Shown here one piece after another: positions 1-10,111 of a stretch of 64,000 nucleotides of DNA. Position 1 is the stretch's first letter. Every line of letters starts with the position of its first letter. Source of the stretch: Balanoglossus misakiensis (lineage: Eukaryota; Animalia; Hemichordata); the NCBI GenBank assembly GCA_040954595.2, contig CM082577.2, positions 2,666,001 through 2,730,000 on the forward strand, given 5' to 3'. Below the pieces are notes generated by a model, which did no database searches, had not been told where the DNA came from, and saw only the letters and a program-made list of their open reading frames with translations. The translations under genes and the position numbers were made by a program.

Positions 1-23
1 GTGATGACTTCTCCATCCATTAT
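1..23 (-). CDS. CRYM: CRYM coding exon 3 (partial, runs off window)
   Basis: Acceptor gatatcAG at 25-24, phase 0, reads IMDGEVIT, matching the conserved (V/I)MDG.VIT..RTAA motif. Confidence 0.85.
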
Positions 24-899
24 CTGATATCAACAAACATATCGAGGTTTTCAACCACAGATTGGATTCGAGAGTGCACAAGAGTACTGCTATGTTCAGG
101 ATTTATATTTCTGGCACAGCCATTTGAAATTATTTGAGTTTTTTCAAGTTTTCATATGCGTGGTATTCTCTCAACAAATGTCTGATAAAGCATAAACTAA
201 TTTGCATAATTATGTACAAATTGTGATACTAGTAATTTGGGAGAATACTTGTAGTTGAGTAAGAAACAATTTCTACTGATGCTTGTACAAGTAACAGATT
301 TTCAAAGTATAAACACAAAATCGAATCTACAATAATTAAAGTGTCATACCGTAGAAGATCAGACAAATTTTTTGACAGTACACCGAAGAGTAAGAGTTCA
401 GTGCAGAAAAAAATATGACAAAGTGCATTCTTAGATTTGAACCTTACTGAAAAAGTGGCCACAGAAACAACAGTGCAGAATTAGCCCATGCATTGTTAGT
501 TGGTAAGTAATCAATCAGGGGAAAAAGGAATTTTAATCCATGTTGTGTCGTTTGTGCAGGCCAGTTTTTTTTCTCTCCCTAGTAAGACAGACATCCTGGT
601 CACACAGTCATTTACATAAAGATACATTTATGCCTTTTCAGGTGATCAAGTAAGGTCATGTAATGTGACAGAAAATGCCATATGGATTATGAATTGGAGT
701 TCAAACTATTGAGAATTTACCTTCATCAGAATAAATGATGACAAAACATTCCATTCCAAATGTACAAGCATTTAAAAATCATCCTTTTCCAGCAAACGAG
801 CTGAGCAATTTGATTCAGACATAAAAACAACAACATGAGAATATTTCAAGGGTACTTTAGCTGGGGAAGTGTTTAAAAATATATGGGGGTCAAACTTAC

Positions 900-1050
900 A
901 GATTTAACTGATCCGTTTGATGCTTCGAATAAAATGATGGTAGCTATGTGTGTTGGGATTCCTTTCTCGGCATTTGAAGGGTAAAAGCAGACTAACTTGG
1001 AGGCCAGGACACTGTCTCTACTGGAATAGCCTGGCATGACGGCAAGAAAT
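900..1050 (-). CDS. CRYM: CRYM coding exon 2, canonical variant A
   Basis: Acceptor ttcttccAG at 1052-1051, donor GTAAGT at 899. 151 nt, phase 2 to 0: FLAVMPGYSSRDSVLASKLVCFYPSNAEKGIPTHIATIILFEASNGSVKS, closely resembling vertebrate CRYM (LGVMPAY...TKLVTFY...PSHQATVLLFEPSNG). Confidence 0.92.
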
Positions 1051-1158
1051 CTGGAAGAATTGATGCAAAGTGACAAGTCAACTCAGAGATTGCAAAGAGC
1101 AGAGGAGTTATAGTTGTGTTATAGATATTGGATGATAGCATGAGGATGAATTCCTTAC

Positions 1159-1309
1159 TGATCTCAGAAAGCCCTGGGTGTGGTCAAAGTAGTACAGAGT
1201 ACTTTGGGGACCCGTGAGGCGTGTTTTGTCACAATCTGGGAAGCGAGCCACAAATTTGGTCACCAATACTCCGTCATCTGCAGTGTATCCCGGCATTGAA
1301 TATAAATAA
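1159..1309 (-). CDS. CRYM: CRYM coding exon 2, divergent variant B (candidate mutually exclusive exon)
   Basis: Acceptor ttttgaAG at 1311-1310, donor GTAAGG at 1158. 151 nt, phase 2 to 0, no stops: YLYSMPGYTADDGVLVTKFVARFPDCDKTRLTGPQSTLYYFDHTQGFLRS. Aligns without gaps to variant A. Confidence 0.8.
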
Positions 1310-1625
1310 CTTCAAAAGAATTAGGCAGATGGGTGAGAATAGATTGCACTGACCATTCACACTTGAAATCATCACTCAGTACCCGCATATGCTGTCTATA
1401 CTGAACAATACCTCTTTCACATACATGTATGACATGAACAAAATACATGCAAAAACATGTTTCTATGAACACATCCAGGCATACATATCATATTTCAGCA
1501 ATTTAATGAGTTTTAAAGCCCCAATTGAACGATATTTTTATTGAAATATTTCAATCTCCTAAAAATCATGAAATTAATGCAAATATGGTCGCTATTGAGG
1601 CTTTAATGAAAACAAGAGAATTTAC

Positions 1626-1795
1626 CCGTTGTGTTCTTTCACTGGCACCACAGTTCGTACCGGCTGCACGATGCCACACTCTTCACCTTTCGAGAAGTCC
1701 CCAAGTGCTTTCTCTATAACAGGTATCAAGTCAGCCATCTTGAGAACCTGTTGGACGCTTTCCATTGTGATGTATTTGGGAAGATTTTTGGCCAT
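1626..1795 (-). CDS. CRYM: mu-crystallin/ketimine reductase (OCD/mu-crystallin family), first coding exon
   Basis: ATG at 1795 gives MAKNLPKYITMESVQQVLKMADLIPVIEKALGDFSKGEECGIVQPVRTVVPVKEHNG, matching the CRYM N-terminal motif (LIP.E.AL.NFS.G.GV.QPVRTVVPV). Donor GG|GTAAA at 1625, phase 2. An acceptor AG at 1829-1828 implies an upstream non-coding exon. Confidence 0.92.
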
Positions 1796-2416
1796 GCTTG
1801 CAGTTGTCAATGGATTTTCAATTCAATCTAATGAACAGTATAGAGAAAACACAAACAAGTTAGTATTAAAGCTCCATTAGCTGCAACTTTTCGCTGTGTT
1901 TTCAGTATTTTTGTTTTGTTGTTCAAATATTCCTGAAACATAATAAAAAATGCCCAGCATCTAGATTATCAACACAACATATATATGTATAGTCAACCTT
2001 CCTTGTGACTGATCAAAATTCGAATTCAAGTCTGGACTAAAATTAATTTGTCAACAATAACAACAGTGGTCATTATACACACAATTCAAACTATACCGAC
2101 AAGTGGAGTACGGGGTATACATCAGCATGAAGTTTGGAGTAGAACAAGAAATTGCATTTGATACACAGAACAATGACACAGATGACTGTACTGATATAAA
2201 TACTGCTGCTTTACAAAATCTACCAGAGCAAGTACATACACGCTAAGTACTCAGCATTGGTACAACTGCAGCTTTTTTTAGTAACTTTTTAGTGTATTGT
2301 AATTCAGGCTATATCGCTCAGCAATTTTTATTAGTTTCTCATGATCAGCAACTGTTTTAGTATCTCTCTCATATTGTGCAGTTTCCTGACTATTCTCTCT
2401 CTATACTCTACGCGCT

Positions 2417-2537
2417 CTCAACTACGGTGCGACCATAGCCTAGTACCTCGGCGTATTTTGGTAGTTTTGGAAGCAAAGCGGACAAAATACGCCGAGGTAC
2501 TAGGCTAAGGTCGAACCGTAGTTGAGGTACTAGGCTA
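2417..2537. mobile_element. Short palindromic MITE-like element
   Basis: 44-bp inverted arms 2417-2460 and 2483-2526 (2 mismatches) around a 22-nt loop. The sub-motif GAGGTACTAGGCTA recurs at 2524-2537. Confidence 0.6.
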
Positions 2538-3111
2538 GTGCGACCTGTGCTGAACTGCAGCTAGCTATCAAACGTGTCGCATCCTGCAAGGGGTGTGGCA
2601 GGCGGGCTATGGTCGAGGTCGGCAGCATGCAAGCATGTCGCAGCTGCGCTTACTTAGGTCGATCAGATTAGACCAGCGGTACACTAACTAAGTGCAATAT
2701 TCGCTTGCAGTATCCTACTGCACTCATACTGTGCGTGTGGCATTCATGGGACAAGTGGGCGATGCCGCCAAAACTCACCGATCATTCCAGCAATGCAACT
2801 TACTTTTCTCTCTGCAACTTATCGATAGATCAGGTGACCGCTGAACTTTTGACACGTGACAGAGGAAATGGTCAGGTCTGTCACCTGAGGGCGGTTTCTT
2901 CAAATTTCATGATGGCAAAACTTAAAAAAATAAAAGGCGCGGACAGCTGATACAGACCGCGGCCGGGGATGCAGGATCCGACCCTAACGCCGAACAGTTA
3001 AATTAAGCCATTTAAACCTATCAAATAATGTTCCGTGATGCCGAAACAGGTAATTGTGATACTTTCAAAATGTCGATGATCCTAAATGAAATACTTCGTT
3101 ATGATTGAGAT

Positions 3112-3185
3112 TCACAGTAGCGCAGTGGCTAAGATGACGGACCAAGTGCCGTGGGTTGTGGGTTCGAACCCTTGAACTAGTAGTT
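3112..3185 (+). mobile_element. tRNA-derived SINE head or degenerate tRNA pseudogene
   Basis: Pol III A-box-like TAGCGCAGTGG (3118-3128) and B-box GGTTCGAACC (3161-3170) at tRNA spacing. No convincing acceptor or anticodon stem. Confidence 0.55.
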
Positions 3186-4539
3186 AGTGTTGGCACTGTT
3201 TTTTTTAGACCATTATCACAAATTCTGTATCAAAATTGTTTTATTTTTTTTAATGTCAAAGTCATTGATGGTATGTACAAGTGAAGCAAAGAAAATTCCT
3301 GGTTTGCATTCATGTGAAACTTACAAGCAGTGTATAACTCTAATTGGTGTTTTTTTTTCCTGTCAGGATTACAACAAAAGATGTCTGTATTCTTTTGTTC
3401 AGAGGAGATGTATTTCTAAATGCAAGTATTTGTCATTTCTTTGTTATATATTAATTGTAATCCTGCTGATGTTATATCTTCATCATTCATGATCTGTCAC
3501 CATCATTCATTTTACTTTATAGAACCCATAATAATCTATCGCTTGCATTTGTAATTGTATGACGTTTCTTATATTTACACCATTGCTGTACATGTATATA
3601 GTATACATATACAAGTATAGCATTTCAAAAAAATGTCTTCTTGCAGAATTAAATCACAAATATAGACCCCAAAAATTGCCTGTTTATTTCTGACACCGTG
3701 GCGGTTTTTCAGCTTGTGAAGTATCTTTCAGAAAAACGACGGTCAATAGTGCCACCAAAAACCACTGAATGATAATACAGAAAATACAGTGACAAAAGTA
3801 TCTTGCTGGAAAAGTTTTTAACCCACAGACGATGATAATTATCCGATGTCATGCAGTTTTGAGCCGAGAACTCAGTGTAAAGGCTAGTGCAGACATACAT
3901 CAAACAGTGCCAAGTCAAGTGGCTACATTATAAAGTACCCTGTACCCTCTGGTGAGTATGTACAATTGGTCTAGTCACATGATGCTCATCATGATCTGAA
4001 TGGAGACTTTGCCGGCGCTATTACTACGTACGTGCGCATGGTGATTGTAAACCGATAGGCATTTTGAGTCACCGGTCCTTTGTGATGATAATCAGCTTGT
4101 CCGATCCCATAAAACACTGTTTGCATATCAATGCATCGCAAATCCGGATTAGCGATTGTTCAAGCCTCTTCTGGCTTTTATCTGTGTCTGTCACACTTTT
4201 ATTATTTGCAGATATTTATATGCATGTGCATTTGGCGTTTATTTTCACCGGCGCGTTCTCTGCAGTGCTGCTAAAACTTGGCCGGCTACCTGTGTTCATC
4301 TCTCTCGCAAGTTTGGACAATTCCTGGACGGTCTGCGTCCACTGCAGTTGAAAAGAAAACCTGTGCATGCACCCATTGACAAGATACGCTTGGTTGATGA
4401 TTAATATCCGAAGTGAGCAAAGGCTAGAAAATTTGCTTAGGGGAGGATTTCAGAAACGACAACGCATATTTTTTAAATGCACTAGCCGAGTTGCTTGTGG
4501 TCAGATTTTTTTTCCTGGCAAAAAAAAGAAGAAGAAAAT

Positions 4540-4978
4540 ATGGCCAAGAGCACTAACTCTAAGGATGAGGTTTCATTTTGTTCGGACAGCAGCGGCGCGG
4601 ATAGTAATCAGTTGTTGTGTGGAGAACTGCCGAGGTCCACATCCCAGCACGGCCTGCAGGATGTCAACATGAACACGGCGTCGAGTGGCAAGAACCGGTC
4701 GTTCAAGTCGCTCAGCTCCGGTGACCTGTCGAGCCGCTCAAGCCGCAACAACGACAAGAAACAACGGCCAGAGAGGGTCACCGGCAGGAAGGGCGGTGCT
4801 CGCTCCAAGTCAAGAGAGAGAGGACCTGCTGACCCAGACGCCTCCGCCGCCACGTCTAATGTTGTGGAAGCCGAGAAGAAGAAAACAAAAAAGAGCCAGA
4901 AACGGGAGAAGTCCAAGCACTCTAAAAGCAAGCAGAAAGTGAGCTCAGACGTTTGGAGTGATGGTGAGATTGATGATG
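4540..4978 (+). CDS. Myosin first coding exon 1a (Ser/Lys/Arg-rich, disordered N-terminus)
   Basis: GC-rich open frame MAKSTNSKDEVSFCSDSSG...WSDGEIDD ending at donor G|GTAAGT (4979), phase 1, compatible with the acceptor at 40759. Confidence 0.7.
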
Positions 4979-7900
4979 GTAAGTCGTGCATTATATTGTG
5001 ATAATTTAATTCTAGCATTCTCATATAGTACAAAACTGATTTAATGATGAGTTTCCAAATGATTGGAATATTTGTCACATTCTGGCTTTCACTGTTCCAG
5101 AGTGTTTCCAGAATGAATTATTTCTGCTTTGGTGCATGTAAAAGGCACGCTGCAGGGGGCCACATGTAAGACATGTAGCTATATTGTGGTATTGCAAAAT
5201 GATTGGTTTGTTTAGTCTGGCGCAACTACTGTAAAACGGTTATTTTCGCGACAGGAAATTTTCGCGATATCAAAAGAGGCAACTGTTACACGAGGATTAA
5301 TTTTCGTGTCCTCGTATTTCACTTACTGCATCGTTATCTCCGAAAAACATTTTACGCAACTTTTTTTTGGGCTCTCGCGTATTTCGCAAAAATTTATTGC
5401 TCGCGAAAATAAACCCGTTGTACAGTATCTGACCAGGGCTACCATGATACACCACAATAATAGATGAAACTAAACAAGCCCCTCAGGCAGTGTACCAGTG
5501 GAAGTTTTTGTCTAACTTTTTTTTGCAGTCGTAACCGATCAAGATTGGACTTGAGACGTTGTAAATATAATCATTGTGTGTATTCACCATGATTAATGTG
5601 AGTTTGAGTGTCCACAAAGCCTTCAATTATTGCTTGTCGTTTATGGTTTTCTACACTACTTGAAGGAGTCTAAAGGAATACTTAAAGACGTAGGGACACC
5701 TATCTGTAGATTCGTGTCAGTGCCTTTTAGTTTACAATGTGCACCTTTGGATCAACAATAAACACTCATTTAGACGAGATTTATGACTTTTACATATACT
5801 CATTGGCACCTCTTAAACATAAAACCCTAAACTGCGAGTATTGTGTGAAGTGGTCGTTGCTACCAAACAATTTCTATCTGAAAGGCGGGCTCGTTTGTGT
5901 TGATGTGGGAGGGTCTGCGATTTCGGGTCCAGTAGTTGAATCCTTTGTGCATGCAGACAGTGTTGGTAAAAGACGACTTGTGTTGTGGACACTTCTTATG
6001 GTTTTCAACTTCTTGATAACTTTGTTTTTGTCAGTAAATTGTCATATCGTGTAAACTGTTCAAATCTTCAGTAATATTTGAGAAATCTTGACTGAAGAGC
6101 CTCAAAACGTTGATTGAATCTTGTGATTGTGAATGTGTCATCTAGGAATTATTTGCAACTTTTCAGATTCACCTGTTGACTCATATCCCACTGATTTCCA
6201 AATTGGCCTAAATTGCAGAGGTCACAATCGGCTTATCGACACTCATTGTCAAGACAGATGTCTTGTTGAAGCACAAATTATAGTTTGGAAAATCTCTTTC
6301 AAAAACGAATCCTAGAATCTTGAATGATTGGCAGATCACCAAAAATGGATAGGAAATCAAAAGACCTTATGGTTGTATGCAGGATGAAATAAATAGAGGT
6401 TTCTATTACTGTTTTTTTTCTTGATAAAAATGGGATTTGCCTTCATGAAAAGAAACATGATATATGTACAGTGACACAAAATAGCAACTTGTTTAGATAG
6501 CTTATAGATTTATCCTTTATTCATACCAAATTTGGGATTATCTGCCATTTTACCGGTATTACCAATATGGTTATCACTCAAAAGACGAACATAGCTAGGA
6601 TACACTGTACTTTGAAATATCAAAATTGTATTGCTCTGTTGTAGGCATAGGTAATTTCTGGCATTTTGTATGTTGTGATCGTGCAAAAAACTTCTACGAC
6701 ACAATGGGTGCACATTGTAGACATAGCGTGGGGAAAAGACTCACTGGTACTTTAATGTAATAAATGTAGGCCCCGAGTGTAAGACATTGTTGACGACACA
6801 TTCCATTGCACAAACATGACTAATAGTATTGCTTTCAGATCAGTGAACGTCCTTTGGAACTCCCGTCTTTGTGTCATGAATCGGTGCATGTCGGTCGTGA
6901 ATAGGCGCCATTCTTAGCAAACAAATGTATTTTGGAAATCATTTTTGTCCTGATAGATGTCCATGTTTTCCTATGAGTGCTTCATATAATAATGCTTATA
7001 ACATTTTTTTTCAATACCTTTGATCCCCCCAAAAGTCTTTTAAAAGGCAGACAGTGCAACTGTATCGTACAGACAATCTTCAAATACTGAAATGTATTCT
7101 GAACCAGAGTCAAACACACCAAGCTGTCCCTGCAGGATTGCAGTCAGACCGATTTAATGCTCTTAAATCTACTGATCATAGGAGTGTCAACTGTTTTTCA
7201 GCTTTTTCGGCACAGCTGCCATCCCGGGTGAATCCTAGATCAGTGTTGACCTTAGCAGTTTTCACATTTTCATTAAAATTAAGTTTTGCAATCGCCATGG
7301 TTATGCCAACGGACTGTAAGAACCAGCTTCAAGCCCTTCCCTTTTTCCCCCTTTTGTAGTGTGCCGAAAAATGTGTCAGCTGATTTCATTCGGTGCTGAC
7401 AGTCGTAGGTGTCGTGTTAGTTTTCAAAGTCACAGACTAATAATCGTTGAAGGAAAATTTTACATTCTACAGAAAATCTTTCTATGACTTTCACTCTGCT
7501 GTACTCCAGATCAGCAGTCAGTCTTGCTTTCACTGTGCAGCATTTTGGGATTCAAGTTTTAAAACAGGCAGGCCATTGTCTACGACATACCAAAACCAGT
7601 TTAAATTCTACCCACATGTCGTACACGATGCCCTGTGCCCTCATGAACACCGTTGCTGTCTTTTATCCAGTTTTTGACTTTTTTACAGAACGTGATTTTG
7701 TTCTAAAACAAGTACACTGTCAGTTCTGTTTTGATTGGGATGCTTAGCCAAAGTGTCGCATAAACAAAGTAATTGTGTAAGTCTCGTGTTAGATGGCGCT
7801 GGCCATAATGTGCGAAACGACGTTCATGATTGTTTGCTATTGATAGTGAAATCTACTGACTGTCTTATGGTGTTTATTTTACAATGGTTGTTCAGTTCTG

Positions 7901-10080
7901 ATGTGATTACAATGACTTTGTAATCCAGTGCCATAAAACTAAAATCCTGGATCCCCAGTTTGTGCATTAGTTCTTGTTGACATTAGAGTATTACAATGTA
8001 TGTGGTGTTTGTTTTACCACTAGATAAAAAACAGCCAAAAGTTAACCTAAACCCTGTGAAAGAGATATTGATCTTGTTTTTCTGGCCAGGATCGCGACTT
8101 TTGAACCTGTATGTTCCTTCAGTGTCTTGAAACGTGTACCCTTTGAGCCCATATTTCATATTTTTCTGTTTAGTCCACCTACACTGTGAAACCAGTGTAC
8201 CATAGTCGGTCTAATTCTGTCTTTTGCGCCTGTGGGCACACGATTCAGTGGCTAACAGTCAGTCATGGGTGAAACGTGACAACATCAGCCAGACGTGCAA
8301 GCTCTGTTTTGTCCCTTGTGCCTGAATGTATACATCTGCCGTGTGGAATGTTTCATTTGCAATTAAGTGTTTAACAGGTGTGTCTTCAACCGGTCAACAA
8401 TCACGGAGCATCCATGCGGGGAAATCGCAGCCACCAGGGCAGAGACAGTCGGAGAATGCCTTTCCTATAGGGTTTGATGAGCAATTGACGGTGCAAGGAA
8501 ATTGAGGGGTGAAAAAAGAAGAACTCGTTTCTGTTCATGGATCTACTCATGCAGTAGCGCTTTGTTGTTCAGTTGAAAATAGCGATGAGGCAGAGATTCC
8601 TTTTTGCAACAATTTTCTTGCTGGTAACTCTTGTTGTGGGAGTGGTACAGTTGGGGTATTGTAACTAAATGCGCTTTTGTCGATATCTATAGTCAAAAGT
8701 CTTAAAATATGTTTATAAGCCTGAATTTTTTCAAGGAAAATTAAGAAAAAAATATAAAAGTGAGTCTTCACCCTTGATTGGCAAATGTGATGAAGACACT
8801 TTGCTTTTTTGACCTATTTATTTGCATGGAGTTAAAAATAGCAGTCCTGGCATTATTATTGGGTCCCATTGGTATGTACCATGGGACCTTATGGGATCGG
8901 TTGCGTCTGTATGTATGTATGGATGTATGTATGTATGTATGTATGTATGTCTGTAGGTCCGTCCACATCAAAAACTTGAAAACCGCTGCGTGTATCACAT
9001 TGATATTTGGTGTGCTGATGCAGGCTGGGCTGTAGATGGGAGTTTGTTCAAATGAAGTTGTCATTGCCGAAAATATGCAAATTAGCTGGAAAAATGTAAA
9101 TTTGGTCAAAACTCAGTAACTCAAGAACTACTGGTCAGATTGCTTTGCAAAGTGGTGTGTATTTACTTTATTGAGTTGTTTTAATTAGGCAGGAACTCCC
9201 CTCTGTGATTCATATAAACACAGCAAATTCCTGAATGATTAAATAACTGGCTAAGTTTTAAAGGGGCCAGCTGTTCTATTTAGTACATATGTACAGTACA
9301 TATGCCATTGGCAGCTTATGGGTCAGTCAGTGTTTGCCCATTGTATGAGCAAAGTTGAACTTCATTGGAGAAAAGAAGAGCCACTCCCGTCGGTCTTAAT
9401 TTGCATTTTAACACTTTATTTTGCATTTCAATACTTGATTTAAATATGAGAAAAGCCTAACAGTTTTGTCTCACTGTAGTTAAAGTTTTGGACCTAGAAA
9501 TGTAAATAGTTTGTGTCCATGAGTTCGTATTGGGGATGTGTTAGCTCTCTGGGCACCGTACTCCTCACGGGATCTGTTAACGCAGGTCAGTGCAACACAC
9601 CCCGAGCTTTTGTATCGCCTTCTTTTGCTGTGATTTGAGAGCTAATACAGTGTTCATTTTGTAGATACAGGGATGTTTATGTTTGTGAGAGGTTCGCGCG
9701 AGGCCGCCATTGTATTTTTGTGTGCAAAAGAGGTCGCGGGAGTTTGGGGATGTGTTAGCGCTCTGGGCACCGTACTCCTCACGGGATCTGTTAACGCAGG
9801 TCAGTGCAACACACCCCAAGCTTTTGTATCGCCTTCTTTTGCTGTGATTTGAGAGCTATACAGAACATCTTGGCATTCATTGTCCCATCAGATCTCTGTG
9901 TCGACAGTCCGATATTAGATTGTTATTGGGTCCCATTGGTATTTATGATTACCTGAATGATTACATAACTGGCTAAGTTTTAAAGAGACCAGCTGTTCTA
10001 TTTAGTGTATGTACAGTACATATGCCATTGGCAGCTTATGGGTCAGTCAGTGTTTGCCCATTGACCTCTCGCTATGTGTG

Positions 10081-10111
<31 letters not shown>

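Noticed and set aside
24-899. A third copy of CRYM exon 2
   Set aside because: No further MPxY...K-like open segment with matching phases was found. The candidate near 721-860 has an immediate stop.
3112-3185. Functional tRNA gene
   Set aside because: A and B boxes are present, but no proper acceptor or anticodon stem can be folded. It is better explained as a SINE head.
4608-5078. 156 aa antisense ORF
   Set aside because: Shadow of the GC-rich plus-strand exon 4540-4978.
9530-9858. CRISPR array or a known small ribozyme
   Set aside because: Only two long repeats in a eukaryotic context with no cas genes. Hammerhead (CUGANGA/GAAA) and HDV-like P1/P3 pairings could not be completed.
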